Shown here: positions 43,664-51,569 of the stretch, one piece after another | How positions within the stretch are numbered: the first letter of the stretch is position 1 | Layout: each line of letters begins with the position of its first letter | Virus record (IMG/VR): IMGVR_UViG_3300045988_097246 | Length of the DNA: 59,554 bases | Strand: one strand, 5' to 3' | From: a virus | Made by a program: the position numbers and the translations under genes | The notes under the pieces: generated by a model | Database searches by the model: none | What the model was told of the DNA's origin: nothing | Seen by the model: only the letters and a program-made list of their open reading frames with translations

Positions 43664-44326
43664 ATGCATAAATGGGCTAAACAGATAATGGAATGCGTCA
43701 AGGCTAAGGTTGACGGAATTGGAATTGACAATTTTGAGGGGCAGAACCTTGACGATTTAAAGGATTTTACAGAAATAGCGAAAAACATAGCTTGCTTTGA
43801 TAAGGATTACAGAATTGTTGAAGCTATGGAAAAGTCAGAAGATAATGAGGATATTATGCGTATGCTTGAACAGTACGAAGATTATCCGGACAGAAGATAC
43901 TATGACGCTTACCGCTATGCAAACGGCAGATTCGCCCCTAAAGGTCGTGGAACACGCAGAGGATATGAAGAACCGCCATATTATCATATGTACCCTGAAT
44001 ACGACGAAAGAGAGCGTATGAGAGACATGGATAGGGATGATAGAGGAAAGATGTATTACAGCGAACCTGCAAGCAATGTGGGTGGTAGCAATAATATGTC
44101 AAGAAACTACTCTGAAAGCAACTATGACAGGGCAAAGCGTAACTATACAGAAACAAAAGAGTTACACAAAGGGAACACTCAGGAAGATAAAGAGCATAAG
44201 ATGAAATCCCTTGACGGATACATGAAAGAGTTGTCAACAGACATTACACACTTGCTCGGTGACATGACCGCAGAGGAAAAAAATCTTTTAAGAACAAAAC
44301 TTAGTACGCTTGTTTCTAAGATTTGA
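43664..44326 (+). CDS. Tyr/Arg/Asp/Glu-rich protein of unknown function
   Basis: 220 aa. The central region reads RRYYDAYRYANGRF...RRGYEEPPYYHMYPEYDERERMRDMDRDDRGKMYY. Confidence 0.6.
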   Translation: MHKWAKQIMECVKAKVDGIGIDNFEGQNLDDLKDFTEIAKNIACFDKDYRIVEAMEKSEDNEDIMRMLEQYEDYPDRRYYDAYRYANGRFAPKGRGTRRGYEEPPYYHMYPEYDERERMRDMDRDDRGKMYYSEPASNVGGSNNMSRNYSESNYDRAKRNYTETKELHKGNTQEDKEHKMKSLDGYMKELSTDITHLLGDMTAEEKNLLRTKLSTLVSKI

Positions 44327-44350
44327 GAATAATATTTTCCGACAATCTAG

Positions 44351-44383
44351 GGCTATAGATAGCAATATCTGTAGCCTGTTTTG
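44351..44383 (+). terminator. Rho-independent terminator closing the five-gene cluster
   Basis: GGCTATAGATA-GCAA-TATCTGTAGCC followed by TGTTTTG. Confidence 0.65.
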
Positions 44384-44541
44384 AACTTTGAAAACTTTAT
44401 ATTGTTAATGATTTTTAAATAAAGACAATCTTTGTATGCAGTTTATAGGCTAGAGTTGATACATTCCATGAAAAATGTACATAAATTTATGATACACACA
44501 TGGATAGAATAACAAAAAATATCAACTGGAGGAATGATACT

Positions 44542-45195
44542 ATGTTAGTAGAAACAAGAAAATTAAGCAAAAAAGAGGTAACTGTAGTAACAAGTCTTGA
44601 TGTAGCGAAAACTTTTGAAAAGGAACATTACCATGTCATAGAGGAAATAAGAGCTATACGGGAGAAAATTAGTAGCACCGAATTTTCGGGGCTATTCTAT
44701 GAAAGTGATTATGTTGCATCAAACGGCAAGAAAAATCCAATGTATCTTATGAACCGAGATGGCTTTACACTTTTAGTAATGGGCTATACAGGAGAAAAGG
44801 CTATGAAATTTAAGTTAGCCTACATCAATCAATTTAATGAGATGGAAGAACTTCTTAAAGGCAAGTTGATAGAAAGAGAAAAAGGCATTGCGGTTAGACA
44901 ATCACTTACAAAAGCAATTCAAATGTCGAAAGAAAACGAGCGTATGCACGGACACGCATATTCTGTTTATACTGACATTGTATATAGGGCTGTATTTTGC
45001 AAGACAGCAAAGCAGTTAAGAGAAGAATATGGAATTGATAAAAAGGCTAATTTGCGTGATTATTTCACAGTAGAGGAACTTGCAAAAGTCCAGTCCATAG
45101 AAATGATAGTAAGCGGTCTTGTTAATTGTGGATGGGGATATAATGAAATCAAACATTTTATTACTTCATCAACTTTAAAATTAACAGCGGCATAA
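44542..45195 (+). CDS. Rha-family phage regulatory protein (second copy)
   Basis: GGAGGA lies 8 nt before ATG 44542. Motifs VTSLDVAKTFEKEHYHVIEEIR...MNRDGFTLLVMGYTGEKAMKFK.AYI..F..ME. Confidence 0.7.
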   Translation: MLVETRKLSKKEVTVVTSLDVAKTFEKEHYHVIEEIRAIREKISSTEFSGLFYESDYVASNGKKNPMYLMNRDGFTLLVMGYTGEKAMKFKLAYINQFNEMEELLKGKLIEREKGIAVRQSLTKAIQMSKENERMHGHAYSVYTDIVYRAVFCKTAKQLREEYGIDKKANLRDYFTVEELAKVQSIEMIVSGLVNCGWGYNEIKHFITSSTLKLTAA

Positions 45196-45265
45196 AAATA
45201 TTTTCTACCATTCACGAAGTCATTAACAATATAAGTTAGTGGCTTCTTTTTTGTGAGGTGATTTT

Positions 45266-45586
45266 ATGTTTATAATAAACAATATAATGTGGCAAATTGT
45301 ATTTGTACCAAGCGGCAGTAATAAACTTATGCGTTCTGACGGTTCTATTAGCCTTGCTGTGACCGATTTTAACGACAAGACGGTATATGTATCAGATAAT
45401 GTAAAAAACGGCTATTTACGCAAAGTAATGGCTCATGAATTATGCCATTGTTTTTGTTTCAGTTACAACATATATATGCCTATTCAGCAAGAGGAATATT
45501 TGGCTGACTGGATAAGTTTATATGGTGCAGATTTGATATATTTACTTGACGATTTGATGATAACTTTAACAAGGAGTGTGGCATGA
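45266..45586 (+). CDS. Small HExxH zinc-metalloprotease-like protein
   Basis: GAGGTG RBS. VMAHELCHCF is an HExxH motif. 106 aa. Confidence 0.5.
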   Translation: MFIINNIMWQIVFVPSGSNKLMRSDGSISLAVTDFNDKTVYVSDNVKNGYLRKVMAHELCHCFCFSYNIYMPIQQEEYLADWISLYGADLIYLLDDLMITLTRSVA

Positions 45587-45741
45587 TAAAGAAATTATTA
45601 GAGCAGATACAAAAGACAAACCCCGACATGACAGTAGAAAAACTTATATCTGAGATACGATATAGCGACTATTTAACAAGAGCGTTGATGATAAGTAAAG
45701 GAATTGCCAGTAAAGAGGAAAACTGCTATACTAACAAATAA
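45583..45741 (+). CDS. Small protein (52 aa)
   Basis: ATGA overlap with the previous gene. Translation begins MIKKLLEQIQKTNPDMTVEKLISEIRYSDYL.... Confidence 0.45.
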   Translation: MIKKLLEQIQKTNPDMTVEKLISEIRYSDYLTRALMISKGIASKEENCYTNK

Positions 45742-45755
45742 AAAGGAGTTTTAGT

Positions 45756-46010
45756 ATGGCAATAACAGGAACAAAAGGCGTACAAATATCGTATGAGTGT
45801 GAGAACTTGATAGAAAGCCTTGAACTTGATATATCAGAGTATGGCAAGAGTTGCAGGGTTTACGCAATATCTGAAATGATGCAGGGAGTGGAAATCTATA
45901 CAGGCTATGAATATACAGACAGAATACAGTTAAAGCGAGGGCGAAAATATACGCTCATGTCAGCCGGTCAGCTTATGGATATTTTACAGAAGCAAAATTC
46001 GATATTGTAA
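45756..46010 (+). CDS. Hypothetical protein
   Basis: AAGGAG RBS; 84 aa. Confidence 0.55.
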   Translation: MAITGTKGVQISYECENLIESLELDISEYGKSCRVYAISEMMQGVEIYTGYEYTDRIQLKRGRKYTLMSAGQLMDILQKQNSIL

Positions 46011-46011
46011 A

Positions 46012-46044
46012 ACAAAAAGAGACTTTTTACAGTCTCTTTTCTTT
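46012..46044. terminator. Bidirectional terminator between convergent units
   Basis: A-run, AGAGACT-TTTTAC-AGTCTCT, T-run. Confidence 0.7.
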
Positions 46045-46675
46045 ACCAAAATTCATTCTTTTTATTCTTAATATAAATGTGAAAGCGTATTTTATTGCTT
46101 TCTAAAAGCGTTTGTTTTGCTTCTTCAAAAGTTAATTTAACTCTTTTACCTGCTAAACGCTCAGGCTCTAAATTGTTTAATATTTTTTGAACTTTTTCAT
46201 TATCTAATGCTGCATAAGCATAACCTTGAAATCTAATGTTATGTTTTTTTAAAAGCAAACGAATCACATCTTCATATCGTTTTTCTTTAATTATAACATT
46301 TATTTCTTCTAAAGAAATGGTATTTTCAGATTTAAAACCTAAACCATCTGTCGAATACATTCCTGCATCGTCTTTTTCTAAAGTTAAATAAAAATTTGTA
46401 TTTTCTTTCTCTAAGTAATAATATTTATCGTTTTTGAGTTCATAATTAAAAATATTTTCATGCTCTTTAAAAAATTTATGGCAAGTTATCCCATACACAT
46501 TAGAGTACAGATAGCCGTCTTGATGCGTTCCAGGAACGCAAGCCTTTAACCATTTTGGCACTTTACTTTCTGAAATTTCTTCGTACAATGTGCGTCCTTC
46601 TAAAATGTACACTTTACCATTGTACTCCATTTCGCTGTATTCGACGCCGTTATACTCCACCAAATTTTTCCACAT
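46043..46675 (-). CDS. Hypothetical protein (210 aa), last gene of the minus-strand operon
   Basis: AAAGGTGG RBS 5 nt before ATG 46675. Confidence 0.6.
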   Translation of the reverse strand: MWKNLVEYNGVEYSEMEYNGKVYILEGRTLYEEISESKVPKWLKACVPGTHQDGYLYSNVYGITCHKFFKEHENIFNYELKNDKYYYLEKENTNFYLTLEKDDAGMYSTDGLGFKSENTISLEEINVIIKEKRYEDVIRLLLKKHNIRFQGYAYAALDNEKVQKILNNLEPERLAGKRVKLTFEEAKQTLLESNKIRFHIYIKNKKNEFW

Positions 46676-46734
46676 AATAACCACCTTTTTAACCTTTCAT
46701 TTTTAATTATATCTTTTATAGTGATGTTTTTCAA

Positions 46735-46905
46735 TCACCAAAAAATTATATTTCCTTTTTTATCTACATTATAATGCCACCATTTGCCCGATTGATACAT
46801 AATGCAAACATTACCGTTTTCGTCAATCCATGTTTTTTCGATTTCACCATGTTCCCAAGTATCAAACTGGGAACGGTGGAAATTGTAAAATTGCTTTGCC
46901 GTCAT
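46735..46905 (-). CDS. Small Trp-rich protein (56 aa)
   Basis: AAGGGGG RBS. Translation: MTAKQFYNFHRSQFDTWEHGEIEKTWIDENGNVCIMYQSGKWWHYNVDKKGNIIFW. Below the ORF-track cutoff. Confidence 0.5.
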   Translation of the reverse strand: MTAKQFYNFHRSQFDTWEHGEIEKTWIDENGNVCIMYQSGKWWHYNVDKKGNIIFW

Positions 46906-46921
46906 ATAATTGCCCCCTTTT

Positions 46922-47161
46922 TTAATAAATAAATATAGCGGTGTAAAATCCGCGGCATTCTGTTATATGATTTTTACATAATTTACGAATTTCGTTTATA
47001 ATTGCAAATGTCTCTTTTGACGGATAAGGTCCCTCATAATCCGTATTTATACGCAATGCTGGGACATCTATCCCGTGCCCTTTTGCGTTGTAAACTGTGA
47101 TAAATTCCGCATTATATCCCGCTGTATATAGTTTTTTCTGTAATCTTTTTAATTTATTCAT
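46922..47161 (-). CDS. Hypothetical protein (79 aa)
   Basis: AAGGAGG lies 8 nt before ATG 47161. Confidence 0.55.
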   Translation of the reverse strand: MNKLKRLQKKLYTAGYNAEFITVYNAKGHGIDVPALRINTDYEGPYPSKETFAIINEIRKLCKNHITECRGFYTAIFIY

Positions 47162-47238
47162 GTTTTTTGTCCTCCTTAATTTTTTCAAAGCAAGCCGGGG
47201 AATTGAACCCCGAAAATGCTGGTCTTGCTAAATCTTTC

Positions 47239-47634
47239 TTAATAATTCCAAACATCTAAACCATATCTGCTTTTTATATATTCTTTAAGTTCTTTTGTGG
47301 GATTTACATATTTATCACGTCCAACTCTCTCGCCGCCCGGGCATCGTACATAATAATCATACCCGCTTTTGTACTGCTCCACACTTAAATCACTAGAAAT
47401 TGTAAATCTGTATTCGATACCTTTTTTACTCGTAAATCTTCCGTTAATCTCGGTTTGGAACTCAGTTTCTTTTCTTAAAATTTCGATAGCCTCCTGAGTT
47501 GTGTGGTCTCTGTACCAAACCCACGGCTTGCTATATGCCGCGTCAAGTGCATACGGTTCTTGATTTTGTAATAAATAAGCTCTGATTTCTTCAGCTTTTA
47601 AAGAAACGTTTTCATAATTTCCCACTTTTGTCAT
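47239..47634 (-). CDS. Hypothetical protein (131 aa), first gene of the minus-strand operon
   Basis: AAAGGTG RBS 6 nt before ATG 47634. Confidence 0.6.
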   Translation of the reverse strand: MTKVGNYENVSLKAEEIRAYLLQNQEPYALDAAYSKPWVWYRDHTTQEAIEILRKETEFQTEINGRFTSKKGIEYRFTISSDLSVEQYKSGYDYYVRCPGGERVGRDKYVNPTKELKEYIKSRYGLDVWNY

Positions 47635-47683
47635 AATGTTCACCTTTTCAACCTTTCTTATTTGCTTTCCTTATGTTGTATAT

Positions 47684-47712
47684 ATAATAACACAAATATT
47701 GGTGTATGTCAA
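47684..47712 (-). promoter_or_regulatory. Leftward promoter of the minus-strand operon
   Basis: On the minus strand: TTGACA, 17 nt, TATTAT. The spacer is itself the palindrome at 47690-47705. Confidence 0.55.
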
Positions 47713-47727
47713 CACAAAAAGTAGTGT
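47690..47727. promoter_or_regulatory. Two ACAC-N8-GTGT operator-like palindromes
   Basis: ACACAAATATTGGTGT (47690-47705) and ACACAAAAAGTAGTGT (47712-47727). Confidence 0.55.
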
Positions 47728-47745
47728 AAATTAAAAATATTTTTA

Positions 47746-47774
47746 TTGATTTATTCAATCAAAATTTGTATAAT
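47746..47774 (+). promoter_or_regulatory. Rightward promoter for the XRE regulator
   Basis: TTGATT, 17 nt, TATAAT. Confidence 0.55.
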
Positions 47775-47817
47775 TAAAACACAAAACAAAGTTAGTTTTA
47801 TGAAAGGAGTTTTAAAA

Positions 47818-48045
47818 ATGTTTATTTATAAAAAAGATATATTAAAAGAGTTAGCAGACAGAGGTTATAATTGTTCGCGTATGAGAAAAGAAAAGATTTT
47901 AGGTGAGGGAACAATACAAAATATAAGAAAAGGAAAAAGTTTTACTCTTGATACACTTAACACAATATGTTGTATATTAAGATGCCAGCCATCTGACATT
48001 ATAGATATAGTACCGAGTGACGAAGAAAAGATTAAATATTTCTAG
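47818..48045 (+). CDS. XRE-family HTH regulator
   Basis: AAAGGAG RBS. ...GTIQNIRKGKSFTLDTLNTICCILRCQPSDII is a typical short XRE protein ending. Confidence 0.65.
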   Translation: MFIYKKDILKELADRGYNCSRMRKEKILGEGTIQNIRKGKSFTLDTLNTICCILRCQPSDIIDIVPSDEEKIKYF

Positions 48046-48124
48046 CTACACAAATAATAGTGTTGACTTTTACCGCTCAAGGATGTATAATAAGTATATC
48101 AAATAAAGAAAGGCGGAATGGTAA

Positions 48125-48457
48125 ATGAGCAAAACTATGACTAAAGAACGAAGAAAGCAAATCTATGACATGACTAGAGGGAAGTGCTTTTATTGCGGTT
48201 ATGACATTGATTTAGAAAACTTTCATGTAGACCATTTTATCCCGAAAGCCAAGGGCGGGAAAATGAGGGAAAATCTTGTTCCTGCTTGCCCCCAATGTAA
48301 CATGATAAAAGGTGACAAAAGTATAGAGGAATTTAGAAGAGTTATTCTGAATTATCTTCATACGGATACCCATGTTATGATGGTTGATAAATATATGACG
48401 ATTGTTAGAAGACCCATCAAGTTTTATTTTGAAAAACGAAAATTTCTAAAAAAATAG
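48125..48457 (+). CDS. HNH endonuclease
   Basis: CFYCG...HVDHFIPKAKGG...N.VPACPQCN..K. Confidence 0.8.
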   Translation: MSKTMTKERRKQIYDMTRGKCFYCGYDIDLENFHVDHFIPKAKGGKMRENLVPACPQCNMIKGDKSIEEFRRVILNYLHTDTHVMMVDKYMTIVRRPIKFYFEKRKFLKK

Positions 48458-48697
48458 TACAACTCAACAACAGCTTTAAACTTATAAACTCGAATTTCTG
48501 TATAATTATATAATGTGCGTTTTTATAGTTAAAAATTCACAAGACTTTAATGCTATTCATAGTGTTTTATATAAGTTTTGCCTAAAAAACATACTATTTT
48601 TATACAAAAATTTGAGTTTTCTGATACACCATACAAGCATCTGTTATCTGTTACTGTTATATCAAAGAATTAAACTCTTAGATAAAACTACAGTATT

Positions 48698-48808
48698 AGC
48701 CAGTAAAGTATATTAAGCATAAATATATATATAAATACAGCCAGTATAGTATATTATAAATATATAAATTATATTAAACACATATAAAGCCGGTATGTAG
48801 ATTATATA
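48698..48808 (+). repeat. Three direct repeats AGCCRGTA(N)AGTATATTA in an AT-rich non-coding region
   Basis: Repeats at 48698-48715, 48739-48756 and 48788-48808, spaced 41 and 49 bp apart. Confidence 0.7.
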
Positions 48809-48836
48809 TATAAAACAAAAAAATATATTTAGGGTA

Positions 48837-48865
48837 TTGACAGCATATAAATTTAAGTGTATAGT
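48837..48865 (+). promoter_or_regulatory. Sigma-70-like promoter upstream of the small terminase gene
   Basis: TTGACA, 17 nt, TATAGT. Confidence 0.5.
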
Positions 48866-48996
48866 AAACGCATAAAATTTAATAACTTAGCTGTCTAGCA
48901 CTTGTAAGAGATATATAAACACATGTATAGAGTATGTGTAGAATGTATATCTTTGCAGGTGCTTTTTTATTTATATAACATACTGGAGGTGAAAAG

Positions 48997-49644
48997 ATGG
49001 TAAAGGATGTAGAGCAAAACATAGATGTATTTGAAAACGATGTAGATGAATATTTACAGCTTTTTCTTGAAGAGCAGGACATAGAGGACATGAGAAGTGA
49101 ATCGCAAAATGTGTGGAGTTCTGCATTGATGTACATTCAAAAGCATGTATTTAAAAATAATAAAATGCTAAAAATGACTACACCTCCTGACGGTTATAGA
49201 AGTAATGATTACGACAATCAGTACAGTAATTTAAATCAAAGTAACTGCAATGCATATGATTTAGAGAAAGTAAAACATGTATGTGATATATATATATATG
49301 AGTGTATGCTATATGATAAAATACCTACTCAACAAGGCTTTGTATATATGACAGGCATTACAGCTGATACTATATGCAGGTGGAAGAAAGATAGTAATGT
49401 ACTAAGTAAGTCGGGTTCAGAATTTTTGCAAAATCTTTATGATAGCGAAGAGGAAGCGTTGATGTCTAAAGCGTTCTCGCTCAGAAACCCGACCGGAGCA
49501 CTCGCAGCACTCAATCACAAAAAAGGCTGGAGGGAAGATGGCAAGCTTCATGTACAGCAAGTCGAACAAAAGACAGCAGCAGAGCTTCCAAGACTTGATA
49601 CAGCACCACAAGATGTGGCGGTTATTGAGGATAAAAACCACTAG
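48997..49644 (+). CDS. terS: Terminase small subunit
   Basis: GGAGGTG RBS. ...KIPTQQGFVYMTGITADTICRW... is HTH-like. The C-terminal ...RNPTGALAALNHKKGWRED is a typical TerS ending. Confidence 0.65.
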   Translation: MVKDVEQNIDVFENDVDEYLQLFLEEQDIEDMRSESQNVWSSALMYIQKHVFKNNKMLKMTTPPDGYRSNDYDNQYSNLNQSNCNAYDLEKVKHVCDIYIYECMLYDKIPTQQGFVYMTGITADTICRWKKDSNVLSKSGSEFLQNLYDSEEEALMSKAFSLRNPTGALAALNHKKGWREDGKLHVQQVEQKTAAELPRLDTAPQDVAVIEDKNH

Positions 49645-49866
49645 ATGTGGTGGTCTACGAGTTCAACTATTCGCTAAACTATACTTTTACGAATAGTTAA
49701 AGAAAATGACAGATTTTTGGTATTTACAAATATATGTTCACAACAGTAAAGCCAACAATCATTGCGGCAGGGGGTACCCCTCTGGTGAGCTTGAAAAAAT
49801 CGACCCACTAAGTCCCTCAGACAACCTCAAAAACAAAAACCGGCTTTTCATGAAAAGGAGTAGTCT

Positions 49867-50052
49867 ATGAGAAAATACACTGTAAAAGAATTGTTTTCAT
49901 TGAGACATAATGGAATTGCAACAAAATTTATCCTTGGGAAATTCTTACTGGTGCAAAATCATATAGTTGATTGGCATTTTCCGAAAGATGGCAGTAGTCC
50001 TAAGAAAGTATATATCGTCCTCAAGGGCAAGCATTTAGCAAAATTGGTATGA
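49867..50052 (+). CDS. Hypothetical protein
   Basis: AAGGAG RBS; 61 aa. Confidence 0.5.
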   Translation: MRKYTVKELFSLRHNGIATKFILGKFLLVQNHIVDWHFPKDGSSPKKVYIVLKGKHLAKLV

Positions 50053-50059
50053 GGTGTAT

Positions 50060-50215
50060 ATGATAGCAGAGGCTTTAAAAAGGTTATTTTGTAAGCATGA
50101 ATGGGAATTAAAGCATTGCATTGCGATACAAGGAGAAAATGATAAAATTCCAGTCGGATATAAAGATGTTTATGTTTGTAAAAAGTGCTTGAAAAAGCAT
50201 ATTATAAAATATTGA
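50060..50215 (+). CDS. Small zinc-ribbon-like protein (51 aa)
   Basis: GAGGTG RBS. Translation: MIAEALKRLFCKHEWELKHCIAIQGENDKIPVGYKDVYVCKKCLKKHIIKY. Confidence 0.45.
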   Translation: MIAEALKRLFCKHEWELKHCIAIQGENDKIPVGYKDVYVCKKCLKKHIIKY

Positions 50216-50232
50216 TAAGGGCGGTGGATAGA

Positions 50233-50610
50233 ATGACAAACAAAGAAAAGTATGCGGAAGATTTATACGATATCTTTTTAAACAGTTTTGGAGTGGATGA
50301 AGAAAATAAACCTTTTCGGTGCGTTGAATCGTGTGGTGGACAATGCCAGTTTTATCACAACGAAATAACTTGTAAAACACTTGCAAAACAGTGGCTTGAT
50401 GAAGAATATAAAACAGATTGGTCGAAAGTACCTGTCGATACTCCGATTCTTGTAAAAGACAGTGAATTTGCAGAATGGCGGCGTAGATACTTTGCAGAAT
50501 ATGAAAACGGAAAAGTTTTCGCATGGGCTGATGGCTTAACTTCATGGAGTGCGAGAGGCGCTAACCGTGTGAGTTGGGAATATGCCCGATTATATGAAGA
50601 TAATAAATAG
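50233..50610 (+). CDS. Hypothetical protein
   Basis: GGCGGTGG RBS before ATG 50233; 125 aa. Confidence 0.5.
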   Translation: MTNKEKYAEDLYDIFLNSFGVDEENKPFRCVESCGGQCQFYHNEITCKTLAKQWLDEEYKTDWSKVPVDTPILVKDSEFAEWRRRYFAEYENGKVFAWADGLTSWSARGANRVSWEYARLYEDNK

Positions 50611-50767
50611 AACTGAGGTGATAAAGTATGGCAATAAGAGCACCAACAATTTAAAGTGAAACATTTTTTGAAACTTTTTTAACATTTGTATTTTAATTCA
50701 TATCTTTTGTACTTCATAAAAATATTACATATCACATCCGCAAGGCAATAACAGTCTTGCGGAATAA

Positions 50768-50839
50768 TGGGGTATCGCCAAGAGGTTAAGGCATAGCACT
50801 TTGACTGCTACATCATGGGTTCAAATCCCATTACCCCAG
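50768..50839 (+). tRNA. tRNA-Gln (anticodon TTG)
   Basis: Hand-folded cloverleaf. Acceptor TGGGGTA/TACCCCA. Anticodon stem TAGCA/TGCTA with loop CTTTGAC. T arm ATGGG-TTCAAAT-CCCAT. Confidence 0.85.
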
Positions 50840-51093
50840 TTTGGCAAGATATGCCATCTTTGTTTTTCTTCTTGCAAAATCGCGGAGAAAAACTCCTTTC
50901 CCACACTAGCGGAATGCTGTTAAGAGCCATCGCACGGCTCGGTGTGGTTGTTCGGGTGTCTATCCCACGATGCCCGAACTTACATACTTTTTCCGTACTG
51001 GACTAATGTAGTTCCATTACAAATTTCACACCCCCATAACACACAGGTGCTTGCATACCATCTTAAAAGCCTATACAGAGGTGTATGCAATTT
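50840..51093 (+). ncRNA. ORF-free, GC-richer, hairpin-rich spacer between tRNAs (candidate structured RNA)
   Basis: Examples of stems: GTTCGGG...CCCGAAC (about 50960-50989), GGAG-AAAAA-CTCC, and TTGCATACC...GGTGTATGCAA. Confidence 0.3.
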
Positions 51094-51165
51094 TGGCATA
51101 TAGTTCAGTGGTAGAACGACAGACTGTTATTCTGTAGGTCGTAGGTTCGATACCTACTATGCCAG
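51094..51165 (+). tRNA. tRNA-Asn (anticodon GTT)
   Basis: Acceptor TGGCATA/TATGCCA. D arm GTTC-AGTGGTA-GAAC. Anticodon stem ACAGA/TCTGT with loop CTGTTAT. T arm GTAGG-TTCGATA-CCTAC. Confidence 0.9.
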
Positions 51166-51192
51166 TTAAACAGAGTAAGAATGGTGTAGAAT

Positions 51193-51217
51193 GGTGGTTC
51201 GAGCCCACCTGTGAGCA
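51193..51217 (+). ncRNA. Orphan tRNA T-arm-like hairpin
   Basis: GGTGG-TTCGAGC-CCACC followed by TGTGAGCA. There is no room for a full tRNA upstream. Confidence 0.4.
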
Positions 51218-51283
51218 TAACTCTAGCGAAAAAGGTACTCACCGCTTCTTTCTTAATGTTCTTGGCGATACAAAGAAAATTCG

Positions 51284-51373
51284 GGGCGAACGGCAACGAT
51301 TGGTGGTGTTGCGGCAGACTGTAAATCTGTTCCCATGTGGTAAACAATAGAGGTTCGATTCCTCTTTCGCCCA
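51284..51373 (+). tRNA. tRNA-Tyr (anticodon GTA), long variable arm
   Basis: Acceptor GGGCGAA/TTCGCCC. Anticodon stem GCAGA/TCTGT with loop CTGTAAA. T arm AGAGG-TTCGATT-CCTCT. The variable region is unusually long. Confidence 0.75.
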
Positions 51374-51376
51374 TTT

Positions 51377-51460
51377 GCAGATATGGTGTAATGGTATCAC
51401 AGTAGCTTGCTAAGCTATCCAGCAGAAATGCTGTCAAGGTTCGAATCCTTGTGTCTGCGT
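51377..51460 (+). tRNA. tRNA-Ser (anticodon GCT)
   Basis: Acceptor GCAGATA/TGTCTGC. Anticodon stem GTAGC/GCTAT with loop TTGCTAA. Variable arm CAGC-AGAAAT-GCTG. T arm CAAGG-TTCGAAT-CCTTG. Confidence 0.85.
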
Positions 51461-51569
51461 TATGTCAACACTTGTGCAGAAACCAATGTCGGCAATGGAA
51501 GAACAGAAACTAGCTGTTGACATTATTAAAAAATGCCCACGCAAAAATACTAGGTACGACGCGGGTGGT

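Noticed and set aside
48698-48808. Possibility that the three spaced repeats are a mini CRISPR array
   Set aside because: The repeats are only about 18 bp, imperfect, AT-rich and irregularly spaced (41 and 49 bp). They have no cas genes or leader, and they sit upstream of terS where terminase binding sites are expected.
50815-51437. Track ORFs 50815-51006(+), 51159-51350(+) and 51105-51437(-)
   Set aside because: They overlap canonical tRNA genes (Gln, Asn, Tyr, Ser) and have no RBS. The region is better explained as RNA genes.
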